64,000 bases of DNA from an uncultured Nitrospirales bacterium (GCA_964467615.1 CAYXRK010000004.1:2961-66960), one strand, 5' to 3'. Shown: positions 48,126 through 57,599, counted from the first letter of the stretch. Translations and numbers: made by a program. The notes: generated from the sequence alone by a model not told the origin.

Positions 48126-49034
48126 CTACTCGGACTTCGGAATCAACAACCAGCCACCTTGTCTTTCGATAGGTTCACCTCTGTCGGGCTTGAGTTGGAG
48201 ACTCCAAAAGATGATCACTTCCGTTTTTTTGAGGGCTTCCGCGAGTCCGGGGAAAGACTTCTCCAAAATGATTTGCTCAGCCATTTTCTCGCCAGGCTTC
48301 AACTTGACCAGTGTCTTCGTAGGATCTGCACGGACTAGCGTTTGGGCACCAAACCTGGGAATCGTCCCAATTAGCAACATGCGGTACGACCCGCTCCACG
48401 GCTGCGAGAGGTCGTAGTCTTCGATGGGCCTTTCAAGGTTGGACTCTAGGCGGATATACAGAGTTGCCGGGTGCGCTGAATGCTCTAGGTGGACCTCTAT
48501 CGCTGTATTCGCCATCGTGGTATCTTTGAGGTTTCTAAAGATTAGCCATATGGCGTAGGGGACTAGCGCCGCTAGTATGAAGTCAGAGCGGCACTCCCTC
48601 CACATCCAGCCCAAGATGCCGGACCAAAAGCCCGTGAAGAGGAACGGGAGGAACATATCTCGAAGTCTGTCCCGAGGCCTTCCGATTTCACCTCCCCCTA
48701 TTGCATTCAAGTATTTCTTGTAGACCCAGCTGCGACGTAGATACTGGTCTGAGAGCGGCTTCATGCGTATTGGGAGGCGCTCGACGCTGAAAAACCAGTT
48801 GATCCCGACGACTATTCCCATGACGGCCAAGATCGGTCGAAGCGAGCCGTCTAGGTCGGTTTTTTCGGAAATCGTCACGAACGCGGTTAACAGGATAGTT
48901 TGTGCCAGCAAGAAGAGATTTTGCCGAGTATGGAGAAGGTTGTCGGCATGTTGATAGTAGTCCCAGGCCTCCTTGATGTCTTCCTTTGAGGGATTTGCAG
49001 AATTTGTGGGCTTTGCGGCCATGATTGTCTCCAA
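48126..49034 (-). CDS. hypothetical multi-TM protein with C-terminal soluble domain (lower-GC patch)
   Basis: 302 aa; N-terminal helix, two TM hairpins (LFLLAQTILLTAFVTI / ILAVMGIVVGINWFFSV, then MFLPFLFTGFWSGILGWMW / FILAALVPYAIWLIF), ~140-aa C-terminal domain; GC ~50%. Confidence 0.55.
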   Translation of the reverse strand: METIMAAKPTNSANPSKEDIKEAWDYYQHADNLLHTRQNLFLLAQTILLTAFVTISEKTDLDGSLRPILAVMGIVVGINWFFSVERLPIRMKPLSDQYLRRSWVYKKYLNAIGGGEIGRPRDRLRDMFLPFLFTGFWSGILGWMWRECRSDFILAALVPYAIWLIFRNLKDTTMANTAIEVHLEHSAHPATLYIRLESNLERPIEDYDLSQPWSGSYRMLLIGTIPRFGAQTLVRADPTKTLVKLKPGEKMAEQIILEKSFPGLAEALKKTEVIIFWSLQLKPDRGEPIERQGGWLLIPKSE

Positions 49035-49418
49035 TCTCTGCTGATACTAGTCAGCACAGCGCGGATGGTCAACGGGGCGCTCGGTCGGAAGCCTAACAAT
49101 TCTTGTTTTCAACTTGGTTGATACACTTCTTTTGTGGTTCATTGGCGGTCGCTCTGTTGAAAGGTTTCATTCTTTCGCCCCTATGGGGCTTGAATTAAGC
49201 GGGCGCACAGGAATCTTGGCGCTTACGCACCAAGCTACAATGCTGTCGTGCCTACAGCGCTTAGGATTTCAACAGAGCGTTAGAGACTCATTGGGAATCT
49301 TGTGGGGACTGGTTCCACCCGATCCCTACCTGCCGTTTTCGCGGCGGGTGAGCGGAACCATTTTCCGCGCGGCGCTGCGGTTGCGGGAGGCGGCGGCGGG
49401 CCGGTATTATTTGATGCG

Positions 49419-49458
49419 GGCGGTCCTTCTCGAAGCGAATAGGACCGCCTTCTTTTCG
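49419..49458 (+). terminator. intrinsic terminator-like hairpin in the 5' leader of the downstream gene
   Basis: 9-bp stem ggcggtcct (49419-49427) / aggaccgcc (49441-49449), 13-nt loop, followed by ttcttttcg; ~60 nt upstream of ATG 49518 (AAGGAG RBS); no upstream + strand gene. Confidence 0.4.
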
Positions 49459-49517
49459 TCTAAAGCATGCCGGGGACAAGCACCCGCGCGACACGATTCT
49501 TGAAGGAGTAAGCGATC

Positions 49518-50180
49518 ATGGTGAAGTCGTATGTATTGGCCTTTTCGGCGGCGGTGGCCGCTTCATTCGGGGCGGCGACCGCCCAGGACAAGGTGGAATT
49601 GAAGTTCGAATTGCCGCAACCGTATTTCGGCGGGACGCCGCTGGACTACTTCGGCGAGAACCTGGAGAAGCCGGACTACAAGCCGCGTCCGCCGTTCATG
49701 GCGCCGGCGGGGACGACGAACGTCGCCAAGGGCAAGACGGTGACGGCGAGCGGCGGGCCGGAATTCGGGAAGCTCGAATTGCTCGTGGACGGGGACAAGG
49801 GCTACAAGAAGGACAGCCTGATCGGACTTCCGGCAGGCCATCAATGGGTGCAGATCGATCTCGGCGCGACGCACGAACTTTACGCGTTGCTGTTGTGGCA
49901 CTTTCACGAAGGCGAGCGCGTGTACTTCGACGTGGCGGTGCAGGTGTCCGACGACCCGAAATTCGAGAAGGGCGTGACGGTGGTCTGGAACAACGACCAC
50001 GACAACTCGGCCGGGTTGGGCAAAGGGGACAAGCAGGAATACATTGAGAGCTACAAGGGCAAGCTGATCGACATGGGCGGCGCGAAGGGGCGATATGTGC
50101 GGCTGTATTCGAAGGGCAACACAACGGACGAGACGAATGAATACGTCGAGGCCGAGATTTATGGCAGGCCGGCGAAGTAG
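49518..50180 (+). CDS. secreted F5/8 type C (discoidin) domain protein
   Basis: 220 aa; signal peptide MVKSYVLAFSAAVAASFGAATA; ...WVQIDLGATHELYALLLWHFHEGERVYFD... typical discoidin/galactose-binding-like fold. Confidence 0.65.
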   Translation: MVKSYVLAFSAAVAASFGAATAQDKVELKFELPQPYFGGTPLDYFGENLEKPDYKPRPPFMAPAGTTNVAKGKTVTASGGPEFGKLELLVDGDKGYKKDSLIGLPAGHQWVQIDLGATHELYALLLWHFHEGERVYFDVAVQVSDDPKFEKGVTVVWNNDHDNSAGLGKGDKQEYIESYKGKLIDMGGAKGRYVRLYSKGNTTDETNEYVEAEIYGRPAK

Positions 50181-50290
50181 GCGGTGCGAAGTCGGGCATT
50201 GACACTCCGTTCGCCCTGAGCCTGTCGAAGGGTGAACGGACGCGAACCAAGGTTCAGTAAAAAGTCGCCACGAAAACCGTTGACGATACA

Positions 50291-51871
50291 ATGCCCGGGC
50301 CGCCGCGCGTGACTCCATCGTGGGAACGCGCCGCGGCCCGCGCTGTTTTTGCGGTGGCACTAATCGTTGCGGCGGCGTTCCGGCTGACGGACCTCGAGCG
50401 GCGGCCAATGCATGGCGACGAAGCAAACCAGGGGGTCAAGGCGGGCGCGCTGCTCGAACGCGGCGAATACCGGTACGACCCGAAGGAGCACCACGGGCCG
50501 ACGTTGTACTACGCGGCGCTGCCTATCGCGTGGGCGCGCGGACAACATTCGCTCGCGGAATTGGACGAGGTATCGCTGCGGCTCGTGCCGGCGCTGTTCG
50601 GCATCGCGACGGTCGCGCTGATTTGGACGCTGCGCGGGGCGATCGGCGAGTTGGCGGCGGCGATGGCCGCGCTGTTGACGGCGCTGTCGCCGGCTTTCGT
50701 TTACTACAACCGGTATTTCATCCAGGAATCGCTACTCGTATTCTTTATGGTCGCCGCGCTGTCGGCTGGATTGCGCTACGCCACGCGGCCCGGGTATGCG
50801 CCCGCGTTGGCGTTCGGCGTGGCGTTAGGATTGGCGCATGCCACGAAGGAGACGGCTGCGTTGGTGATTATGTGCGGGGTCGTCGCTGGGGGTATCGTCT
50901 GGTTTTTGGGCCGAGGCGGCAGCCGAGGGCGGCTGCCCCACATAACAACACCACGAAATCATGCGCTGGCTGCGGTACTAGCCGCGGCGTGTTGCTCGAT
51001 GCTGCTGTACTCGTCCTTCTTCACGAACCCTCGCGGCATCATCGACTCGGTCGCTACGTACGCAAATTATTTCCAACGGGCGGACGGCGCGGGGCTTCAC
51101 GATAAGCCGTGGTACTACTACCTGTCGCTGCTTGCGTATGTGCATCGCTCGCCGGGACCTTGGTGGAGCGAGGGTTTGGTCCTGGTGCTGGCAGCGGTCG
51201 GGGGCGTGGTCGCGTGGTGGAACGGCGTGAAGCAGGCGCGATTCATTGCAGTCGCGGCCGCGATTACGTTTGCCGCGTTTTCGGCCATCGCGTACAAGAC
51301 GCCGTGGAACGTGCTCTCGCCGTATCAGTTGATCGTGATTGTGGCGGGAGTCGGCGCGGCGGCGCTGATCGCCTCACTTCGCGGAAACTTGGCGAGGACC
51401 ATTGCCGCGTTAGCGCTGGCGATCGGAACAGCCCACCTGGGCGTGCAAGCGTGGCGCGCGTCGTTCGAGTTGCCGGCGGACCCGAGGACGCCCTACGTGT
51501 ACGCGCATACGTCGTCAGCGTTCATGCGGTTCGCCGAACGCGCGGAAGGACTGGCCGCGGTACACCCGGAAGGCTACGCGATGCGCATCGACGTCATCCA
51601 GCCGGACGGCGACTATTGGCCGATTCCGTGGTATCTGCGGCGCTTTAGCCGGGTGGGGTATTGGCAGGACGTGCCGGAACACATCGACGCGCCGTTTATC
51701 ATCGCCGCGCCGAGCGCGTATGAAGCCGTGCGCGCGCGGCTGACGGGAGAGTACATCACGGAGACGGCGGCGTTGCGGCCATCGGTGTTGCGCGCGGTGT
51801 TTATCGAGAAGGGGCTGTGGGACGCGTATATGGCGGCGAAGGAAAAGGTTTCGTTGCCTGACGCGAATTGA
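50291..51871 (+). CDS. membrane glycosyltransferase, GT39/ArnT/PMT-like
   Basis: 526 aa, ~11 TM helices; N-terminal RLTDLERRPMHGDEANQ and DxD-like loop resemble dolichyl-phosphate-mannose / ArnT-type glycosyltransferases. Confidence 0.65.
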   Translation: MPGPPRVTPSWERAAARAVFAVALIVAAAFRLTDLERRPMHGDEANQGVKAGALLERGEYRYDPKEHHGPTLYYAALPIAWARGQHSLAELDEVSLRLVPALFGIATVALIWTLRGAIGELAAAMAALLTALSPAFVYYNRYFIQESLLVFFMVAALSAGLRYATRPGYAPALAFGVALGLAHATKETAALVIMCGVVAGGIVWFLGRGGSRGRLPHITTPRNHALAAVLAAACCSMLLYSSFFTNPRGIIDSVATYANYFQRADGAGLHDKPWYYYLSLLAYVHRSPGPWWSEGLVLVLAAVGGVVAWWNGVKQARFIAVAAAITFAAFSAIAYKTPWNVLSPYQLIVIVAGVGAAALIASLRGNLARTIAALALAIGTAHLGVQAWRASFELPADPRTPYVYAHTSSAFMRFAERAEGLAAVHPEGYAMRIDVIQPDGDYWPIPWYLRRFSRVGYWQDVPEHIDAPFIIAAPSAYEAVRARLTGEYITETAALRPSVLRAVFIEKGLWDAYMAAKEKVSLPDAN

Positions 51872-51906
51872 CGATCAGCAATTCGAGTACTACGCGTCGA
51901 ATCCGC

Positions 51907-53085
51907 CTACGAAAGCCAGTGCTCGACCGGGGCCTCGAAAAATTCCACGAGCGGAATGCCGTCCGCCCCGACGAGCAGCGGCCGTGCCTTGGGGAATTCC
52001 CGGCAGAATTGCTGAATACCTGGCAAGCCATCGCGCCTGCGGCCGCTTTTTACTTCGATGGCCACGAGTTTCTTTCCCCGGCGCAGCACGTAGTCCACTT
52101 CCTTATTGTTGGCGGCCCAATAGTGCAATTCGATGTCTTGGCCGATGATTCCGTTCGCAAGCGTCGCACCCACGGCAGACTCGACAAGTTGTCCCCAGTA
52201 CGCCGGGTCGCGGCGCGCATCGTTGAATGGGACCCCACGCATTGCCGTGACCAGTGCCGAGTTCATCGCAACGAATTTCGGGCTGGAGGCCCGCCGCCGC
52301 ACGTTTTGGCCCGAATACTTTTGGAGACCGATGAGAAGTCCGGCGTTTCCCAAGAGTTCCAAGTAATGCGCCAACGTGGTCGTGTTTCCCGCGTCTTGCA
52401 GTTGGCCCAGCATTTTCTGGTACGAAAGAATCCGGCCCGAATACGAACAACCCAAATCGAACAATCGGCGGAGGAGCGCGGGCTTGTCCACGCGCGACAT
52501 CAGCAGCACGTCGCGCGAGACGGAGGTCTCGATCAGGGAATCGAGCACGTAGCGCGCCCAGCGATCAGGTTCTTCGATAAGCGGCGCGGCGCCGGGATAG
52601 CCCCCGTGGTACACATACTGTTCCAACGACCAGCCGAAGGCATCGCGCATCTCGGGATAAGACCAGTGCGTGACTGGGATGACCTCGAACCTTCCCGTCA
52701 AACTTTCCGCCAAACCGCGCTGCACCAGTAACGGAGACGAGCCGAGGAGAACAACTCGGACATCAACGGCGGCCGCAGTGTCCTCATCCCAGAGGCGCTT
52801 CACCGTTTCAGACCATGCGGTAAGTTTTTGCACTTCATCGAGAATGAGAACAGACGGCGCGTTGTTACGCAGCCGGGCGATCTCCCATTGCTGCGCAATC
52901 CAGGTAGAATCTTTCAGGGCCGGTTCATCCGCGGAAGCGTAGTGACTTGGTACGCCGAGCGATTCGACAAGTTGCCGCGCGATCGTCGTCTTGCCGGTTT
53001 GACGGGGCCCTGCCAGAACCTGAATGAATCGCCGAGGTTCGATGAGGCGCCGTTGGAGTTTGTAGAAGGCGGTGCGTGTGACCAT
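51907..53085 (-). CDS. AAA+ ATPase (AAA_14 + DUF4143 architecture)
   Basis: ORF 51907..53097, ATG at 53085; Walker A GPRQTGKTT, Walker B VLILDEVQ; C-terminal DUF4143-like region. Confidence 0.8.
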   Translation of the reverse strand: MVTRTAFYKLQRRLIEPRRFIQVLAGPRQTGKTTIARQLVESLGVPSHYASADEPALKDSTWIAQQWEIARLRNNAPSVLILDEVQKLTAWSETVKRLWDEDTAAAVDVRVVLLGSSPLLVQRGLAESLTGRFEVIPVTHWSYPEMRDAFGWSLEQYVYHGGYPGAAPLIEEPDRWARYVLDSLIETSVSRDVLLMSRVDKPALLRRLFDLGCSYSGRILSYQKMLGQLQDAGNTTTLAHYLELLGNAGLLIGLQKYSGQNVRRRASSPKFVAMNSALVTAMRGVPFNDARRDPAYWGQLVESAVGATLANGIIGQDIELHYWAANNKEVDYVLRRGKKLVAIEVKSGRRRDGLPGIQQFCREFPKARPLLVGADGIPLVEFFEAPVEHWLS

Positions 53086-53105
53086 GACAGTAACCAAGTT
53101 TTGGT

Positions 53106-53191
53106 TTACTCAACGCATTGAGTAATTTTACTCAATACACTGAGTAAATTTACTCAACGTACTGAGTAATTTTACTCAACGTATTGAGTAA
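53106..53191. promoter_or_regulatory. array of four tandem 20-bp palindromic operator-like sites (22-nt period)
   Basis: ttactcaaCGCATtgagtaa / ttactcaaTACACtgagtaa / ttactcaaCGTACtgagtaa / ttactcaaCGTATtgagtaa, each TTACTCA-N6-TGAGTAA; 20 nt upstream of ATPase start, in the divergent region with the hydrolase gene. Confidence 0.6.
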
Positions 53192-53246
53192 ATGCAATAC
53201 CCTGGCATAAAACGACTGAATCATGCAGTTATTTATGTAAAAATCG

Positions 53247-54143
53247 ATGAAGCAAACCGATTCCCAAGCGACGAATGACAAGGCTTTTATGCTCGTGAGT
53301 AAACGCTTGCGCCGATGGACGATGCGAATCGCGTTGGCGATGTTTCTAATTTTCTGGGTCGTGTACGGCATCGCGTGCCAGATGTCGGAGACGGAATTTT
53401 CGAGGCGGCCGGAGCCGGGGATGCAACTGGGCGAATACGCGACGGCGACGCCGTGGACGATTACCTATCTCTCCGGCGGCGAACCGGGGGCGCCGCGCAT
53501 CATCTACGTTCACGGCACGCCGGGGAGCGCGAGCGCGTTCGACGATTACCTCGAGCGGCCTATCGCGGGCTTCGAGGGCTTCAGCATCGACCGGCCCGGA
53601 TTCGGCGACACGCGCCCGCCGAAACCGGCGTACACGCTGCACGAGCAGGCGCTGGTCATCGGGCCGCTGTTGGTCGAGTGCGGCGGCCAGTGGCCGATCC
53701 TCGTGGGGCATTCGCTGGGCGCGCCGATCATTTGTCGCGTCGCGGCGGAGTATCCGGATCGCGTGCGCGGCCTTGTGCTGCTGTCGGGGTCGCTGAACCC
53801 GAAGGAAGAGCACATCGCGTGGTATCAGCGATTGGGCGATTTCGCATTCGTGCCGTACTTGTTGCCGCGCTGGCTGCGCAACACGAACCGCGAATTGTTT
53901 CCGATGAAGAAAGAGTTGGAGGAACTCGCGCCGATGCTCGGCGAACTACGCTGCCCAACGGTGATCGTCCACGCCAAGAACGATTCGCTTGTGCCGTTCG
54001 GAAACGTCCAGTACATGCGCGAGACGATCCCGAAGGACACGGTCGTGAAGATCGTCGAACTCGAGGACAAGAACCACTTCATCCCGTGGAACGCGGAATC
54101 GGTCGTCCGCGATGCGATTGAGGCGGTGGCGAAGGCGTCGTAA
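53247..54143 (+). CDS. alpha/beta-fold hydrolase
   Basis: 298 aa; nucleophile elbow GHSLGA, HGTPGS oxyanion region; N-terminal TM/signal segment. Confidence 0.8.
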   Translation: MKQTDSQATNDKAFMLVSKRLRRWTMRIALAMFLIFWVVYGIACQMSETEFSRRPEPGMQLGEYATATPWTITYLSGGEPGAPRIIYVHGTPGSASAFDDYLERPIAGFEGFSIDRPGFGDTRPPKPAYTLHEQALVIGPLLVECGGQWPILVGHSLGAPIICRVAAEYPDRVRGLVLLSGSLNPKEEHIAWYQRLGDFAFVPYLLPRWLRNTNRELFPMKKELEELAPMLGELRCPTVIVHAKNDSLVPFGNVQYMRETIPKDTVVKIVELEDKNHFIPWNAESVVRDAIEAVAKAS

Positions 54144-54329
54144 CAACCGCCGCCACAATCGCATCCGCGATAGCCTGCAAGCCGAGAACAATCCACTTTA
54201 TCACGCCGCCGAAAGCGATCCAAAAACTGACCTGTTCAAAATGGCGAACTGTGGCATTGAGCCTCGTTGCGGTGAACCTCATCCGTTGATATCATTACGT
54301 AGATCGCAACGGTTGATTTGATTCGACGT

Positions 54330-54494
54330 ATGAGTAGCAAGATCAATCTAAATTACATTGCCAGATCCGACCGTGATCCAAACGTTCGTATTGCCGCAGT
54401 GCAGAGGCTCACTAGCGGGATCGATTTGAATTACATTGCCACGCACGACTCTGATCCAAGCGTTCGTATTGCCGCAGTCAAGCAATTGCGTTGA
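54330..54494 (+). CDS. 54-aa mini-ORF of two PBS-lyase HEAT-like repeats (possible gene remnant)
   Basis: MSSKINLNYIARSDRDPNVRIAAVQRLTSGIDLNYIATHDSDPSVRIAAVKQLR; encoded by a ~78-nt tandem DNA repeat; below the 60-aa ORF-track cutoff. Confidence 0.25.
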   Translation: MSSKINLNYIARSDRDPNVRIAAVQRLTSGIDLNYIATHDSDPSVRIAAVKQLR

Positions 54495-54584
54495 TTGCAG
54501 TGGGATAAGACATTTAAGCTATCGAATGGCTTGCAATAGGACGCAAGGGGTGAGTTCCCATTCGCCAGCCCCACGCCACGAATA

Positions 54585-56111
54585 TTACGCCTCCTGCACG
54601 AACCAATCCTGCACGAAGTTGCCGTGGAAGCCGAGGGGGAAGTGGTTGCCGGTCCATATGCGGGCGGCGAACTCGAGCGACGCGGCATCCACGATTTCGA
54701 GGAACGTCTCGTCGCGAGCACCGTCGTAGCCGAGCGCGAGGAGCCAGCCTTCTCCTTCGGCATCATTGCCGGGGCGCGGCACGTACACAGCCTCACCCAA
54801 GGCGCGGCCTTCGCTGACGTTGTATTCACTCGTCGTGCCGCGGACCAGATCGTGACGAACGATGTTCGAATTGGCGAGAAAATCAGATGAGTCGCGGCCC
54901 TCGAGCGCGTACAGGTAGCGCACTTCTTCGCCGCTGCGGCGGATGTCGAAGCGGGGCAATTCCTGGTTCTCGCCCATGACGCCGCGCTTGAGGACTTCGC
55001 CTTTCGCCAAGTCGATGACGAGGCGCGTGACCTCGGTCGGCGTGTAGGGGTTCGCGTCCGGCTTGCCGAAACGGTTGATCACGTCGATGATGCTGCCGTT
55101 CGGCGTTAGGATGGAATCGACCACGAGCTTGCCGTCGGCGGCGAAGGCGTTGCCGTTGTGAAAGACCATGCTCGCGGGCTGGTTCACGGTGATCGGTTCG
55201 GACTTGCCGTCGCGGCCGAGAATGAGGAAGCGCAGCGGTTCCTTCTCGAAGTACTCGAGCGCGTCGCCGATGGTGGTCTTGCCGGTAAGCATGTCGCCGA
55301 GGCGGTACTTGACCGGCGGAATCGCGAAGACGATGTGGTCCTTCGAGATGAACATGTCGTGGATCATGAAGTAGCCCGGCTGCGGCAGTTTGTACAACTG
55401 CGTGACCGTGCCGTCCTGCTCCATGCGGTAGACGCAGAGCGCCATCGTCGGGCCTTGCTCGACGCCATAACCAAACGCCTCGCCGGTGGCCGGGTCGTAC
55501 TTCGGGTGCGCGGTGAAGGACATCGTTTCGGAAAGGCCGCCCTTGAAGTCGTAGTCGCCGAGGTAGGCGAGCGTCTTCGGATCGATCGCGGTCGGATGGC
55601 CGCCCTCCGATAGGCCGAGCAACTTGCCGTCGAAGGGGATGATGTTGACGTTCGCCTGGTTTTTGTATTTGTAGGGGCCGGGGCCGGGCGCGTGCGTGCC
55701 GAACTCGGAGTAGATCATCTTGCCGGCCTTCTGCTCCTCGATGCGCTCGGGCGTTTGGATGTAGTTCGCGCGCAGCCAGACGTTGCCGTCGCGGAAGCTG
55801 TAGCCGGAGACGAAGGCGTCGCCGTCGAAGAGATGGTTGAATTGGACGCCGAAGCGTTCCTTCTCGCCGGGCGCGGTGCGGTAGAGCGTACCGTGCAATT
55901 CCTTGGGGACTTCGCCCTCGACTTGGGTCAGCTTCCAAGCGCCCTCAGCGCCTGCGTTGCGATGGGCCCTATAGCCCAGGCGGCGCGGATCCTCGCTAAG
56001 CGCCATAGCCACGGTCTGGCCGTCGATGTAGCCCAACGCGCCCAGCGTCGCGACGAGTTTCCCGAAATCCCTGCGCGTCATTCCACTGCTGATACTCTTC
56101 GATTTTTTCAT
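54585..56111 (-). CDS. carotenoid oxygenase family dioxygenase (RPE65/CCD-like), Tat-exported
   Basis: 508 aa; Tat motif TRRDFGKLVATLGALG; conserved His-containing beta-propeller blades (HLFDGDA, FTAHP, MIHDMF, MVFHNGNAF, FHGNFV). Confidence 0.85.
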   Translation of the reverse strand: MKKSKSISSGMTRRDFGKLVATLGALGYIDGQTVAMALSEDPRRLGYRAHRNAGAEGAWKLTQVEGEVPKELHGTLYRTAPGEKERFGVQFNHLFDGDAFVSGYSFRDGNVWLRANYIQTPERIEEQKAGKMIYSEFGTHAPGPGPYKYKNQANVNIIPFDGKLLGLSEGGHPTAIDPKTLAYLGDYDFKGGLSETMSFTAHPKYDPATGEAFGYGVEQGPTMALCVYRMEQDGTVTQLYKLPQPGYFMIHDMFISKDHIVFAIPPVKYRLGDMLTGKTTIGDALEYFEKEPLRFLILGRDGKSEPITVNQPASMVFHNGNAFAADGKLVVDSILTPNGSIIDVINRFGKPDANPYTPTEVTRLVIDLAKGEVLKRGVMGENQELPRFDIRRSGEEVRYLYALEGRDSSDFLANSNIVRHDLVRGTTSEYNVSEGRALGEAVYVPRPGNDAEGEGWLLALGYDGARDETFLEIVDAASLEFAARIWTGNHFPLGFHGNFVQDWFVQEA

Positions 56112-56143
56112 GGCCTTTCGCTCCTCTGGTTGCCGAACGCGTA

Positions 56144-56764
56144 TTAGACCGCCGCACCCTCGCTGAGGTTTACGGTGTTCACTTTTTGATTGCCGATGCC
56201 CTGCATCAAATGGTCAAACGAGTTGAAAAATAGTTCGCGAAATTCCGCTTCTTCCATGCCTAATCGGCCACTCAAGTATAGCGTGACCAGCCCGTGACTG
56301 TGCGCCCAGATCGCGGTCGCGACCGATTCGGGGTCGCCTGGTTTCAGGATGCTGGCCTGCATGCACTCGCGCACTCTATCCGTGATGAACTGAAAGGTGG
56401 CGTTTCCGGCCTTCGAATGCGTCAACGATTCGGTCTCGACCATCGGAGCGCACGGCAATACGAAGATAATCTCGTAATATTTGGGCTGTTCCAGGGCGAA
56501 ATTGACGTATCCAAGACCGCTTGAACGCAGCCGCTCCTCGGGTGTGTTTCCGGAGAGGCTGTCGTAGAGGTACGTTCCGAAAATGCGGAAGCCTTCCGCC
56601 ATGACCGCCGATAGCAGCTCGTCCTTGCTCCGAAAGTGCCGGTAGATCGCAGGCGCGGTCAGCCCGACCCGCGCGGCGACTTTGCGCATCGACACGCCGG
56701 ACAACCCCTCCTCCAGGAAGAGGTCGCGGGCGCTTTCAAGGATCCGAACCGGCGCGGTAGCCAT
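56144..56764 (-). CDS. TetR/AcrR-family transcriptional regulator
   Basis: 206 aa; N-terminal HTH ARDLFLEEGLSGVSMRKVAARVGLTAPAIYRHFRSKDELL. Confidence 0.85.
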   Translation of the reverse strand: MATAPVRILESARDLFLEEGLSGVSMRKVAARVGLTAPAIYRHFRSKDELLSAVMAEGFRIFGTYLYDSLSGNTPEERLRSSGLGYVNFALEQPKYYEIIFVLPCAPMVETESLTHSKAGNATFQFITDRVRECMQASILKPGDPESVATAIWAHSHGLVTLYLSGRLGMEEAEFRELFFNSFDHLMQGIGNQKVNTVNLSEGAAV

Positions 56765-56854
56765 CGCGCGAACAGTGTTAACATTTCAATGGGCCCTTGT
56801 CAAGTACGAGGCGATGGCGAGGCGACTTGGCCGAGATCGGATATAGTGTTGGGC

Positions 56855-57205
56855 ATGACATTCATCGAGGGCGCTGTGACCGGCCCCGCGAACGAGAGCC
56901 GCGTGGTCGAGTTTCTCGTTGATAGCGGCGCGGCGTACTCGTTGTTGCCCGAGGCGGATTGGAAGGCCATCGGGCTTACGCCGCGACGAAAGATGACGTT
57001 TACGCTCGCCGACGGCACGCACATCGTGCGGCGAATTTCGGAATGCCTCTTCAATGTCGCGGGAGAAGAAGCCCACTCGCCCGTCGTTCTTGGCGAGCCG
57101 GGCGACAACCAAGCGCTGCTTGGCGCGGCGACGCTAGAAACGATTGGTCTCGTGCTCGATCCGTTCAAACGCGAACTGCGCCCGATGCAGGCGCGGTTAG
57201 CGTAG
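56855..57205 (+). CDS. retropepsin-like (clan AA) aspartic protease domain protein
   Basis: ORF 56636..57205 overlaps TetR upstream; ATG at 56855 gives 116 aa with VDSGAAYSLLPEA catalytic Asp motif (DSGA). Confidence 0.55.
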   Translation: MTFIEGAVTGPANESRVVEFLVDSGAAYSLLPEADWKAIGLTPRRKMTFTLADGTHIVRRISECLFNVAGEEAHSPVVLGEPGDNQALLGAATLETIGLVLDPFKRELRPMQARLA

Positions 57206-57599
57206 CAAGCTGAACTGGGCTACGCCGCCCGTTTCTCCGACGCCGACAAGATGCACTCGCGCGTGTAACGCACGTTCCCGAACCATCCCAGGTGCGGGAC
57301 CTGGCACGAGCGTTCGAGCCTATAGCCGCGCATCCGCGTGAGCCACCACATCCGAAGGCGCGACGAGGTGCGTATCGTGCCGGGCCGGGGAAGTATGGGC
57401 ACGAGGAGACTCATTGAGGAAGCGGCCAGTTCGTTGCGAGTAACACTGTTCATGCATACACAAGAGCAAGCCGCGGGCCAACTAAAGAATCCCACAAAGT
57501 GCGCTGATTTTGGTGGGTGGGATAGGATTGCTGGCCGGCGTGGATACGTAAACGTCACTCAACGCCGGAAAACGTCACAAATTCGTAGGGTGCGCATCC

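Noticed and set aside
49114-49503. 129-aa + ORF upstream of the discoidin gene
   Set aside because: Runs through an intrinsic terminator hairpin+T tract; region better explained as a structured leader/non-coding
53106-53191. Considered whether the 22-nt tandem palindromes are a CRISPR array
   Set aside because: Units are contiguous with no unique spacers, only 4 copies, each unit internally palindromic with variable centre; fits operator array, not CRISPR
56776-56783. TGTTAACA 8-bp palindrome in the TetR/aspartic-protease divergent region as TetR operator
   Set aside because: Too short to call confidently; an 8-bp palindrome occurs by chance at appreciable frequency
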